A stretch of DNA of 64,000 nucleotides, taken from assembly GCA_031278545.1 (NCBI GenBank), contig JAITKF010000062.1:4994-68993 (forward strand), written 5' to 3'. The translations under genes were made by a program, and so were the position numbers. A model generated the notes under the pieces. The model was not told the origin of the DNA, searched no databases, and worked only from the letters and a program-made list of their open reading frames with translations. Shown one piece after another: positions 1 to 9,109 of this stretch. Position 1 is the stretch's first letter. The number at the start of each line of letters is the position of its first letter. The stretch comes from Prevotellaceae bacterium (GTDB lineage Bacteria; Bacteroidota; Bacteroidia; Bacteroidales; UBA932).

Positions 1-75
1 CGCGCCAGCGTGGAGGTTTCCGAAAAATTGAGCTTGCAGCCGAGCGTAATGAAAGCGATAGAAGGCATGTTATAC

Positions 76-810
76 TTATATCTGAGCGTTTGTGCCGGTT
101 ACGGATTCGACCTTGTCGAGCAATGCCTGTCCGCGATAGCGCAGCAACAGTTGCGCTACGGCCAGCACATCCTTTTCGCAGTAGCGAATGATGCGGGGCA
201 AATCACCGTCAATATAATACACTGATGCCACCTGACTCCCGTCGATGTCGTCCTTCGGCGTATCGATATTCAGGACGGTGGTCAACAGTTCCAGCGAACA
301 GAAATGCTTGTAGTCGCCGAATTTCCATAGTTCCATCGTATCGAGAAACAGTGTTTCCCATGGTTTACGTCCGGCCACATCGAGCGCCTCCGGCAGGGGT
401 AAGCTGTTTATCAGCAAGCGTCGCGCGATGTAGGGAAAGTCAAATTCCTTGCCGTTGTGGGCACACAGTCGGACGTTTTTCTTTTTGGCAATGAACGCCG
501 CGAGCATTCTGCAGAAACCTTGCAGTAAGGCCTTCTCGTTGTGTCCGGCAAACGATTTCAAACGTAACGTTGGCTGTCCGTTATGCCGGTAGATAAACCC
601 GGCCGAGAGGCAAATGATGCGCCCAAACTCAGCCCAAATACCGGCGCGTTCATATACGTCCTCCGGCCGTTGCTCCTCCGTACGAAAATACGCCGACTTC
701 TTTTCCCACAATTTTTTCATCGCCTCCGGCACATCCGCATAGGAAGCGTATTGCGGAACGGTTTCCACATCAATAAATAGAATATGTTCAAAATTCAAAT
801 CCATATACAT
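76..810 (-). CDS. Predicted 3'-5' exonuclease, RNase H-like fold (PolB-exonuclease-like family)
   Basis: 244-aa ORF with ATG start. It has an N-terminal ILFIDVETV acidic motif, then HNGKEFDFPY and a C-terminal YCEKDV motif, which is the pattern of DEDD-type exonuclease domains. Assigned by eye only. Confidence 0.65.
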   Translation of the reverse strand: MYMDLNFEHILFIDVETVPQYASYADVPEAMKKLWEKKSAYFRTEEQRPEDVYERAGIWAEFGRIICLSAGFIYRHNGQPTLRLKSFAGHNEKALLQGFCRMLAAFIAKKKNVRLCAHNGKEFDFPYIARRLLINSLPLPEALDVAGRKPWETLFLDTMELWKFGDYKHFCSLELLTTVLNIDTPKDDIDGSQVASVYYIDGDLPRIIRYCEKDVLAVAQLLLRYRGQALLDKVESVTGTNAQI

Positions 811-869
811 TTATGTTAAGCGTTTGCTTTACATCTAAAGTTCGAAATCAGTTATCCAATATCCAAAAT

Positions 870-2126
870 CTAATGGCCAATGGCTACTACGGGGCTTAAT
901 CGTGAGGCCATCCATGCGGGAATAATGCCCGACAGGATGCCGACGACCGCCGAAATTAGGATACCACGTAAAATATTAATCAGGGTCAGGGCGATGGCAA
1001 AATCGAAGGCGTGAGTAACCAGCGTAGTGGCGGCAAACACCAGCAGTAACCCCAGCAGTCCGCCTGCCACCGTCAGCAGCATCGCCTCGAAAAGAAATTG
1101 CGTAAGGATAAAATAGTTTTTTGCTCCCAGCGATTTTTGAATACCGATAATGGGCGTACGTTCCTTGACCGACACAAACATGATGTTGGCCACGCCGAAC
1201 CCGCCAATCAGAATGGAAAGGCCGCCGATAATCCATCCGGCGAGGTTCAGGGTGTTTAATATCGGGTTAAGTTCACGGGAGATGACGCTCATTTCATTCA
1301 GTGCGAAATTGTCTTTTTGCGACGGGCCAAGACGTCGCAATGCACGCATCATCACGCGGAGTTCATCGTGCAGGTCGTCCATGCCTACGCCCGGTTTGGC
1401 TTTGACCAGAATGTCCTGATTACCGCGGCGCATATCGGCAAATTTGCCCGCATAGTTGAGAGGTATTACCACGGTATTATCGTAATTCATGGCAAACATG
1501 TTGCCCTGTTTTTTGAACAGTCCGATGACTCGTGTTTTACGTCCGGCGACGCTAAATACACGTCCGACCGGATAATCGTCGCCAAACAGTTCGTCGGCCA
1601 GCGTCCGTCCGATAATCGCTACATTGACGCCACCGTTGATTTCCATCGGCGAAAAGTAACGTCCCTCCTCAATCTCGACGGTTGCCATTTTTTTCCAATC
1701 GTAAGTAATGCCATATATGATGACCCGCGAGGTGGTGTTGGTTTTATATTTCAACTGCCGCTGGAACGGATGGATAAAAGCCACCTCTTCGGCATTCCGG
1801 AGATTGTTTTGCAGATAGGTAAATTCTTCGTACTTTGCGCGCGGTCGTTGGCGGTATTCCCACCATTGTTCTTCGCTGATTTTTCCCCACGGCCATTTCT
1901 GGATATATATCACATTGCTACCAAGCGATTCGATGCCCTCGCGGATATTATCTTCTAGGGCATTGACCATCGTAAAGACCGAAATAATGGAAAAAATCCC
2001 AATCGTTACGCCCAGTAATGAGAGGAATGTCCGCAGTTTATTGGCCTTCACCGAGCCATAGGCAAACGAAAAACTTTCACCCAGAAGCTTGATTAATACA
2101 TACGTATTTCGTAATTTTCGTCTCAT
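870..2126 (-). CDS. ABC transporter permease, FtsX/MacB type
   Basis: 418-aa ORF with an N-terminal TM helix after KANKLRTFLSLLGV, a large periplasmic domain and a C-terminal FtsX-like 3-TM bundle. The ATG overlaps the rpe stop (ATGA). Confidence 0.85.
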   Translation of the reverse strand: MRRKLRNTYVLIKLLGESFSFAYGSVKANKLRTFLSLLGVTIGIFSIISVFTMVNALEDNIREGIESLGSNVIYIQKWPWGKISEEQWWEYRQRPRAKYEEFTYLQNNLRNAEEVAFIHPFQRQLKYKTNTTSRVIIYGITYDWKKMATVEIEEGRYFSPMEINGGVNVAIIGRTLADELFGDDYPVGRVFSVAGRKTRVIGLFKKQGNMFAMNYDNTVVIPLNYAGKFADMRRGNQDILVKAKPGVGMDDLHDELRVMMRALRRLGPSQKDNFALNEMSVISRELNPILNTLNLAGWIIGGLSILIGGFGVANIMFVSVKERTPIIGIQKSLGAKNYFILTQFLFEAMLLTVAGGLLGLLLVFAATTLVTHAFDFAIALTLINILRGILISAVVGILSGIIPAWMASRLSPVVAIGH

Positions 2127-2809
2127 CGGATTGTAGATTTTAGATTTTGGATATTGCTACTGCCTGCTGCCACTAATTCTGCCATAGTCTGCATGGGGTC
2201 GGTTGCGTTGAAGACGGCATTGCCGGCAACCAGAATATCTGCGCCGGCGGCGTAGAGTTGCGCGGCGTTGCGGGGGCTTATTCCTCCGTCGACTTCAATC
2301 AGTGTAGCTGCTTTTTCGCGGGTGATTAGCGTCTTCAATTCGGCGATTCTGTGCAGCGAATGCTCGATAAACGCCTGTCCGCCGAATCCCGGGTTGACGG
2401 ACATGATCAGTATAAAATCGGCGGTATGGAGACTGTCGACCAGCAACGATACCGGTGTATGCGGATTGAGGGCTACGCCGGCTTTCATGCCTGCCGAACG
2501 GATTTGTTGCAACGTCCGGTTCAAATGTACACAGGCCTCGTAGTGTACCGACAGCCAAGCTATGCCGACGGCGCGAAATGACTCAATATAACGGTCGGGT
2601 TCGACAATCATCAGATGTGCATCAAGAGGTTTCAGGGCTTTGGCGGCAATTGCCTTAATCACTGGGAAACCATACGAAATATTGGGAACAAACCGTCCGT
2701 CCATCACATCTAAATGGAACAGGTCGGCCGCTCCGGCATTCACCATTTCAACTTCTTCGTTCAGCCGGCCGAAATCCGCCGACAACATAGATATCGATAG
2801 CATTTTCAT
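2123..2809 (-). CDS. rpe: Ribulose-phosphate 3-epimerase
   Basis: 228 aa. It carries the HLDVMDGRFVPN, MSVNPGFGGQ and VDGG motifs typical of Rpe. Confidence 0.93.
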   Translation of the reverse strand: MKMLSISMLSADFGRLNEEVEMVNAGAADLFHLDVMDGRFVPNISYGFPVIKAIAAKALKPLDAHLMIVEPDRYIESFRAVGIAWLSVHYEACVHLNRTLQQIRSAGMKAGVALNPHTPVSLLVDSLHTADFILIMSVNPGFGGQAFIEHSLHRIAELKTLITREKAATLIEVDGGISPRNAAQLYAAGADILVAGNAVFNATDPMQTMAELVAAGSSNIQNLKSTIR

Positions 2810-2833
2810 TGCAATATAGATGTATTGTTTTTA

Positions 2834-2841
2834 CAAAGATA
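2834..2841 (-). promoter_or_regulatory. Bacteroidetes -7 promoter box (TATCTTTG on minus strand) for the rpe-ftsX operon
   Basis: The plus strand reads CAAAGATA, 25 nt upstream of the rpe ATG at 2809. Confidence 0.6.
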
Positions 2842-2869
2842 CATTTTTTTCAGGATGAGTGATGAAATC

Positions 2870-3280
2870 CTATTCTAAAAAGAAACGATATGCATTCCGG
2901 CCTATCCAGTACAGGATAATCACTGCCAGCATGCCCCATATAAAAGCGCTCCCCGACAGTATCCGGTGTATTGTCGGAAAACGTTTTTTTCCGTCGAATG
3001 AATTTAGGTACAGGAGCAACGCAATCAGCGCTAAGGCGGGAATAAGAATCGGATTGTAGAGGAATGCTTCTTCCCATTCTCCGTGCAGTAAACTATGCAG
3101 GGCGCGCTGTGTACCGCATCCGGGGCATTGGAAACCGGTCAGTTTATAAAAAGGGCACGGTGGAAAAGGTATCTCTGCCGGATTGAATACATAAAACAAT
3201 CCGGCCCCGACGACCACGCCGATCGCTATCGCCAAGACTTTCCACCTATTTGGTTTGCTTGTCAAAAGCCCCGGTCGCAA
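2870..3280 (-). CDS. DUF2752-type small membrane protein
   Basis: 136 aa with a CPFYKLTGFQCPGCGTQRA cysteine motif followed by TM helices. The track start at 3280 is TTG, not ATG, so the true start is uncertain. Confidence 0.65.
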   Translation of the reverse strand: MRPGLLTSKPNRWKVLAIAIGVVVGAGLFYVFNPAEIPFPPCPFYKLTGFQCPGCGTQRALHSLLHGEWEEAFLYNPILIPALALIALLLYLNSFDGKKRFPTIHRILSGSAFIWGMLAVIILYWIGRNAYRFFLE

Positions 3281-3313
3281 CCGCCTTTTATCATTTGGTG
3301 GTACAACAGGCCA

Positions 3314-3730
3314 CTATTCAAAAAGCGGTAGCAGCGGTGAGCTGCTGGTGGCTGCCCCTATGATATAAATGAGATAGATAGTATAGGGAATATAAATGAT
3401 CAACGCTGTAACGAGCGACGCAATCGTAAAGTTTTTGGCATTGCGCGACGCTCTATATGCGGCGTCGATATTGCCGTTCATAAAGTATTTCTCTACCTGT
3501 GCGGCATATACAATCGCCGGGATGCCCAGCGGCAGGCAGCATAAGATAGTAACTACTATCGACTGCCACAGGTAGGTTGCCGGCATTTGGTCGTACGGCG
3601 GCGAGGGTTTCTTCGGTGTCGTGGCTGGCGCCGGCTGCGGCGCCGGCTCGGATGTCATTTCATATCCGCATTTCGTACAGAAACGCGCATTGTCGGGATT
3701 TGCTTCTCCACAAGTTGAGCAATATTTCAT
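3314..3730 (-). CDS. Zinc-ribbon plus CD225/dispanin (IFITM-like) membrane protein
   Basis: 138 aa. It has an N-terminal CSTCG..x..CTKCG zinc ribbon, a Pro-rich linker, and then the two-TM CD225-like segment WQSIVVTILCCLPLGIPAIVYAAQV. Confidence 0.7.
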   Translation of the reverse strand: MKYCSTCGEANPDNARFCTKCGYEMTSEPAPQPAPATTPKKPSPPYDQMPATYLWQSIVVTILCCLPLGIPAIVYAAQVEKYFMNGNIDAAYRASRNAKNFTIASLVTALIIYIPYTIYLIYIIGAATSSSPLLPLFE

Positions 3731-3756
3731 AATGATAAAAAATTAATATTAGTCTG

Positions 3757-3764
3757 CAAAGATA
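3757..3764 (-). promoter_or_regulatory. -7 promoter box (TATCTTTG on minus strand)
   Basis: The plus strand reads CAAAGATA, 27 nt upstream of the ATG at 3730. Confidence 0.55.
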
Positions 3765-3937
3765 GCAAAAAATATTTGAGATATTGGATTCGGGAAAACT
3801 TTTACTACACGTTGGAAAACCACTATTTCCTGTAACTTCCACAGGCAAGTCCCGCTGGGACGATACTCTATTAACCGTATGCTTTAGCTTACGGATACCA
3901 GCCTCCCCCGGCTTTGTCCGCAAGGGCAGGATTTTGA

Positions 3938-4192
3938 CATTCCCCTCTTCCTGGCTTTGCCTTTCAGGCGGACGTAGACGCCGGCGTGCGCACCTACATC
4001 GGCTGCATTACCTCCCTCGCTTTCCTCACCGGCTGTCCGGGAATCGTTCCCGAACAGCCGGCCATCAGCGGCACAAAAACAATTTACATTTTCGGCAACC
4101 CGCGAGGAGAGTACCCGGGCACATCCGGCTGCAACCAAAGCATCGCTACAGACAAGGGCTGGACGGTGGATACGTCATTTTGTCCTCCTTAA
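3938..4192 (+). pseudogene. Relic of a FISUMP-family surface-protein gene
   Basis: The frame translation PGFAFQADVDAGVRTYIGCITSLAFLTGCPGIVPEQPAI aligns by eye with PPFVVNGVRLAAGVATYSGCITSLTDTTGCPGLIPPSPEI of the 15186-17507 protein. IYIFGNPRGEY also resembles FYLYGNPAGSF. There is no credible start or signal peptide, and a stop lies immediately upstream. Confidence 0.35.
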
Positions 4193-4223
4193 GAATGAAG
4201 AAACACCTCAATCGAAAAAGTGG

Positions 4224-4289
4224 CACTTTCCAATGGTGTAGGAAAGTGTCATTGCCCCCCCGGTCAGACTTTCCAATGGGGTTGGGAAA
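4224..4289 (+). repeat. Twin hairpins sharing the 12-mer ACTTTCCAATGG
   Basis: CACTTTCC (4224-4231) pairs with GGAAAGTG (4241-4248). The second copy, TTTCC (4270-4274), pairs with GGAAA (4285-4289). The 12-mer repeats at 4225 and 4268. Confidence 0.5.
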
Positions 4290-4430
4290 CCCGTAAAAGC
4301 GCTAAAAAATAATATGGTTAATTTAAATGGTCTCCACACGGGCGGATGAAGGGGGCTCATACGTTCGGATAATCGGCATGGCCGAATTGACTGTCCACGG
4401 CAACGCTGCACGGCAATCCGCAACTTTTCG

Positions 4431-4438
4431 TATCTTTG
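4431..4438 (+). promoter_or_regulatory. -7 promoter box TATCTTTG for ileS
   Basis: Perfect TAnnTTTG match, 30 nt upstream of the ATG at 4468. Confidence 0.65.
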
Positions 4439-4467
4439 CACTCATTTTTTCACAAAAAGACAATCAC

Positions 4468-7400
4468 ATGAGTAAAAAATTTAAAGAATACAAACAATTA
4501 GATCTCGTGACCGTCAATCGGGACGTGCTGGCGCAATGGGATGCGGCCAAGACCTTTGAGCAATCGCTGGTAAAACGGCGCGGATGCCCGCCGTTTGTAT
4601 TTTTTGAGGGGCCGCCGTCGGCCAATGGCATGCCCGGCATCCACCATGTTATTTCACGCGCCATTAAGGATGTCTTCTGCCGCTACAAAACGCAAAAAGG
4701 CTTTCTGGTCGAACGCAAGGCCGGATGGGATACGCACGGCCTGCCGGTCGAACTGGCGGTGGAGAAAATGCTGCAAATTACAAAGGAAGACATCGGCTCG
4801 AAAATTTCGGTTGAAGACTATAACGCCGCCTGCCGTAAGGAAGTGATGAAATATACGAAGGAATGGGAAGCGCTGACACGGCAAATGGGTTATTGGGTCG
4901 ATATGCGGAACCCCTACGTTACCTGCGACAACCGTTATATCGAAACGCTCTGGTTCCTACTGAAACAAATCTACGAACAGGGATTGCTCTATAAGGGCTA
5001 CTCCATCCAGCCCTACTCGCCCGCAGCTGGCACCGGATTGAGTTCGCACGAATTGAACCAGCCCGGCTGCTATCGCAATGTGAAAGATACAACGTGCGTC
5101 GCACAGTTTAAAGTGATACACAACGAACCGTCGGCATTCCTCTTCGGAAATACTGCTACGGACGCCCTGTTTTTCCTTGCATGGACGACAACCCCGTGGA
5201 CGCTGCCTTCAAATACCGCGCTGGCCGTTGGAAAACAAATCCGCTATGTAGCGGTTGAAACCTTTAACCCCTACACCGCTGAACCGATTACAGTGCTGCT
5301 AGCGAAAGAACGCGCTGCCGCATTCTTTCCCGAAAAGAACGCCGGCGCGCCGATGAACTATCAGGTCGGCGACAAAACGCTGCCCTACCGCTTCGGCCAC
5401 GAGTACCTCGGCAGCGCGCTAGAAGGCCTCCGCTACGAACAGTTGCTGCCATACGCCCAGCCCGAAACCGGCGACGCCTTCCGTGTCGTATGCGGCGATT
5501 TTGTCAGCACCGAAGACGGCACAGGCATCGTACACGTAGCGCCTTCGTTTGGCGTCGACGACTTCCGCGTAGCGCGGGAAAACGGTATCGGAGCCCTCAC
5601 GCTGGTCAACAAACAGGGGCGCTTCATCGACGGCCTCGGTGACCTCAGCGGACGGTTCGTAAAAAACGACTACGACCCCGCCGCCAAACCCGACGACGAA
5701 CCGGTAGACGTCTATATCGCCATGAAATTGAAGAAAGCAGGACGCGCATTCAAAATCGAACGCTACGAACACAGCTATCCACACTGCTGGCGGACAGACA
5801 AACCGGTGCTATACTATCCGCTTGACGCATGGTTTATCCGAACCACCGCCGTCAAAGACTCGCTGATTTCCCTGAACAATACGATCCGTTGGAAGCCCGA
5901 AAGCGCCGGCGCAGGACGCTTCGGCAAATGGCTGGAAAACCTTCAGGACTGGAACCTCTCGCGCAGCCGTTACTGGGGAACGCCGCTACCCATCTGGCAT
6001 ACCGACGACGGAAACGAAGAACGATGCATCGGATCGGTCGGTGAACTGTTCGATGAAATCGAAAAAGCCGTAGCCGTAGGATTCATGCCCAAAAATCCAT
6101 GGAAGGAAAAGGGCTTTACACCGGAGGTATATACCAAAGACAATTACGACTGCATCGACCTGCACCGTCCATACGTAGACGACCTCATACTGGTCTCGCC
6201 GTCGGGTAAACCCATGCACCGCGAAGCGGATTTAATCGACGTATGGTTTGATTCGGGTGCCATGCCGTTTGCGCAAAACCACTACCCCTTTGAAACGGAC
6301 GTATTCAAAAGCGCCGACTTCATTGCCGAAGGCGTCGACCAGACACGCGGCTGGTTCTTCACCCTGCATACCATCGCAGCCATCGTCAAAGGCGAGGTCG
6401 CCTACCGTAGCGTGGTGGCCAACGGGCTGGTGCTCGACAGGGAAGGTAACAAAATGAGTAAACGCCTGGGCAATGCCGTAGACCCCTTCAAAATAATGAA
6501 CGCCTACGGCGCCGACGCCCTGCGCTGGTACCTGCTCACCAACGCGCAACCATGGGATAACCTGAAATTCGACGCCGCCGGCATAGACGAGGTACGCCGT
6601 AAATTCTTCGGCACGTTGTACAACACCTATTCGTTTTTTGCCCTCTATGCCAATGTCGACGGCTTCACGGGGCAGGACGAAGAAGTACCCGTAGCGCAAC
6701 GCCCCGAAATCGACCGCTGGATAATTTCCCTGCTGCATACCCTAATAAAAGAAACAGGCGACGCCTACGAAAATTATGACGTAACCCTGGCAGGACGCAT
6801 GATTCAGGACTTCGTGTGCGATCATCTAAGCAACTGGTACGTGCGCCTGAACCGCAAACGTTTTTGGGGCGGGCAGATGACCGACGACAAGCGGGCGGCC
6901 TACCAAACCCTATGCACCTGTCTGGAAACCGTCGCGCAATTAGCCGCGCCCATCGCCCCGTTTTTCATGGAACGGCTTTATACCGATCTCAACAACGTAA
7001 CGGCGCGCCATGCCGAACCGTCGGTTCACTGCACGGAATGGCCGCCCTTCAACCCCGCTTTAATCAACCCGAAACTGGAGCGGCAAATGGCGCTGGCGCA
7101 ACGCGCCTCATCAATGACGCTGGCCCTGCGACGGAAGGTCAATATCAAAGTGCGGCAACCGCTGACGAAAATGATGATACCCGTGCTTGACACCGCTATG
7201 CAGGAACAGTTGGAAGCTGTGCAGCAGCTGGTACTCAATGAAGTTAATGTAAAAGAAATGCACTTCCTGACCGACACAACCGGCGTTATCGTAAAGAAAA
7301 TAAAACCGAAATTCAACTCGCTAGGCAAGAAATATGGCAACCGGATGAAGGACATTGCCGCGGCCATCAATGATTTCAACCAACAGCAGATAGGCGAGCT

Positions 7401-7815
7401 GGAAAAGACCGGCTATTACATGCTGGCGCTAGCGTCGGGTAAAATCGAACTGCAACGGGACGACGTGGAAATTACGTCGGAAGACTTACCGGGCTGGCTG
7501 GTGGCTACAGAAGGCGCGCTCACGGTCGCGCTCGACGTTACCGTCACCGACATGCTCCGCCGTGAAGGACTAGCGCGCGAACTAATCAACCGCATACAGA
7601 ACATCCGCAAAGAAAGCGGCTTCGACATCGTCGATAAAATCCGCATCCGCCTCAACAGGCAACCCGAAATAGCCGCTACCGTAGCCGCCTTTGGCGACCT
7701 GATACGCTCGCAGACATTGGCCGTCGCCATCGACTTGTGCGACTCCCTCCCTTCCTCCGCCACCGTCGTGGAAATAGATGAAATGAAGGTGGAGATAGAG
7801 GTGGAGAAGCAGTAA
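4468..7815 (+). CDS. ileS: Isoleucine--tRNA ligase
   Basis: Class I aaRS with a PSANGMPGIHHV (HIGH-like) motif and a KMSKRLGN (KMSKS) motif, about 1115 aa. I trimmed the start to MSKKFKEYK, downstream of the -7 box; the track ORF begins at 4327. Confidence 0.95.
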   Translation: MSKKFKEYKQLDLVTVNRDVLAQWDAAKTFEQSLVKRRGCPPFVFFEGPPSANGMPGIHHVISRAIKDVFCRYKTQKGFLVERKAGWDTHGLPVELAVEKMLQITKEDIGSKISVEDYNAACRKEVMKYTKEWEALTRQMGYWVDMRNPYVTCDNRYIETLWFLLKQIYEQGLLYKGYSIQPYSPAAGTGLSSHELNQPGCYRNVKDTTCVAQFKVIHNEPSAFLFGNTATDALFFLAWTTTPWTLPSNTALAVGKQIRYVAVETFNPYTAEPITVLLAKERAAAFFPEKNAGAPMNYQVGDKTLPYRFGHEYLGSALEGLRYEQLLPYAQPETGDAFRVVCGDFVSTEDGTGIVHVAPSFGVDDFRVARENGIGALTLVNKQGRFIDGLGDLSGRFVKNDYDPAAKPDDEPVDVYIAMKLKKAGRAFKIERYEHSYPHCWRTDKPVLYYPLDAWFIRTTAVKDSLISLNNTIRWKPESAGAGRFGKWLENLQDWNLSRSRYWGTPLPIWHTDDGNEERCIGSVGELFDEIEKAVAVGFMPKNPWKEKGFTPEVYTKDNYDCIDLHRPYVDDLILVSPSGKPMHREADLIDVWFDSGAMPFAQNHYPFETDVFKSADFIAEGVDQTRGWFFTLHTIAAIVKGEVAYRSVVANGLVLDREGNKMSKRLGNAVDPFKIMNAYGADALRWYLLTNAQPWDNLKFDAAGIDEVRRKFFGTLYNTYSFFALYANVDGFTGQDEEVPVAQRPEIDRWIISLLHTLIKETGDAYENYDVTLAGRMIQDFVCDHLSNWYVRLNRKRFWGGQMTDDKRAAYQTLCTCLETVAQLAAPIAPFFMERLYTDLNNVTARHAEPSVHCTEWPPFNPALINPKLERQMALAQRASSMTLALRRKVNIKVRQPLTKMMIPVLDTAMQEQLEAVQQLVLNEVNVKEMHFLTDTTGVIVKKIKPKFNSLGKKYGNRMKDIAAAINDFNQQQIGELEKTGYYMLALASGKIELQRDDVEITSEDLPGWLVATEGALTVALDVTVTDMLRREGLARELINRIQNIRKESGFDIVDKIRIRLNRQPEIAATVAAFGDLIRSQTLAVAIDLCDSLPSSATVVEIDEMKVEIEVEKQ

Positions 7816-7864
7816 AGCCTGCTTGCGGCCTGGTTTCATTCGCTGCCGCTTCAATGTTCCATTG

Positions 7865-9004
7865 TTATATGTAGCTATGTATCCCGCCCAGAAGGAAACT
7901 TACGCCGAAGAAGGTTATGGCTACGGCGGCAAAGGCGATGGCGCAGTAGAGATGAAATCGGCAGGGCGAGCGGAAATAAGCGAGACTTTGCCGGTGGAAC
8001 GGCACGGCATAGACGAGCAGGGTGATGAGCGCCCATGTCTCCTTTGCATCCCATCCCCAGTAGCGTCCCCATGAAATATTTGCCCACACTGCGCCGATAA
8101 AGATGCCTGCCGCCAGCAAGAATACTGCCGGATAGAGCAAGCGCATGTTCCATCGGTAAAACTGCAGTCGTCGTTTGCGAGAGCATAATCCGGCGATAGC
8201 CGTAACGGTTATAAAAAGAAACAGGGCATACGATGCCATAATGACCGACACGTGGGCAGCCAGCATGGGAGAACGCAATACGGGCGTCATAGGATTGAGC
8301 TGCGAAATATATATCCACAGGCCGGCGACCGGAAGGACTGTCCACAGCATACCCCGCCACCCTATGCGCCGCCACAGCAGCCATAGCATAGCCGCCGCCA
8401 GCATCCCGTAACCGGCATAGGTCAGGCCGATACCCCACGGGTCGTGGTTGACGAGCAGCGTACTACCCATTTCGTCGGGGTCGTAGTCCATTTGGTACAG
8501 GCGGTAACCGTGCCGGGTATATATTTTGTTCATCGACACGCGGACGATTTCGTCGTCTATTTTCAAGAAACTGATAAAGTCGGCGGGAGCGTCGGTGTCC
8601 GGGTGGTATTCGATGTCGAAAAGCACGAGTTTGACGTTGAATGGCAGGGAGCGTGTGGTGGCGTCCTTGTCCGGGGTGTAAGCGCGGACGGTTTCGCCTT
8701 GCCGCAGGTGAATATAGCCGCGTTTGGCTGTCGCAAAGGTAACCAAGGCGCCGCAGAGAATGACCGCCAGCGCCGCGTGCAGCAGAAACGCCGGTTTATT
8801 ACGGTAGAGCGCCATGCCTATAATATAGGAGCATGCCACCGCCGCCAGCGTTCCCCACAATGCCACAAACCACCATGCACTGTATATACTTGCCAATGCC
8901 ACCTCGCGTCCGGCTATCTTTTCCACTGCAGTAGCTGCTGCCAGCGTAAGCAGGATAACGGCCAGCATACTGAAAACGCCATATTTATTATATTTTACAA
9001 ACAT
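7865..9004 (-). CDS. Cytochrome c biogenesis (system II) CcsA/ResC-family protein with a ResB-like N-terminal extension
   Basis: It has the WWD heme-handling motif WGRYWGWDAKETWAL and a C-terminal GGIHSY histidine. The N-terminal half has TM helices plus a short segment (VNHDPW, YRLYQMDYD) reminiscent of ResB/CcsB. I chose the ATG at 9004; the track ORF extends to 9064. Confidence 0.7.
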   Translation of the reverse strand: MFVKYNKYGVFSMLAVILLTLAAATAVEKIAGREVALASIYSAWWFVALWGTLAAVACSYIIGMALYRNKPAFLLHAALAVILCGALVTFATAKRGYIHLRQGETVRAYTPDKDATTRSLPFNVKLVLFDIEYHPDTDAPADFISFLKIDDEIVRVSMNKIYTRHGYRLYQMDYDPDEMGSTLLVNHDPWGIGLTYAGYGMLAAAMLWLLWRRIGWRGMLWTVLPVAGLWIYISQLNPMTPVLRSPMLAAHVSVIMASYALFLFITVTAIAGLCSRKRRLQFYRWNMRLLYPAVFLLAAGIFIGAVWANISWGRYWGWDAKETWALITLLVYAVPFHRQSLAYFRSPCRFHLYCAIAFAAVAITFFGVSFLLGGIHSYI

Positions 9005-9109
9005 ATCCAATCCTGTTTGCCGCACGCGCGGGAACTGTCCCCCACAAGGCGGCAGCCTGTCCATGCTTGATTATATACAGCTATATTGCCTCCTGTCTTC
9101 CTGTATCCG

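Noticed and set aside
3784-4296. A 170-aa ORF upstream of ileS.
   Set aside because: It is Arg-rich and low in complexity. It is in a different frame from the only segment that resembles a real protein (3938-4192) and has no promoter motif.
4327-4467. 5' extensions of track ORFs: ileS 4327, metH 37899, manC 31099, ADH 35099, RRM 61079, ccsA-like 9064, A2M 18965.
   Set aside because: The extensions have non-protein-like composition, overlap promoters or upstream genes, and contain the -7 boxes themselves. Conserved N-termini begin at the internal ATGs listed in the features.
3731-4467. A T-box or other riboswitch, tRNA or tmRNA in the long ileS upstream gap.
   Set aside because: I could not find a tRNA cloverleaf, T-loop (GTTCGAATC-like) motif, specifier or T-box sequence, or tmRNA tag frame. 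T-box leaders are also not expected in Bacteroidota. I cannot exclude an unknown sRNA.
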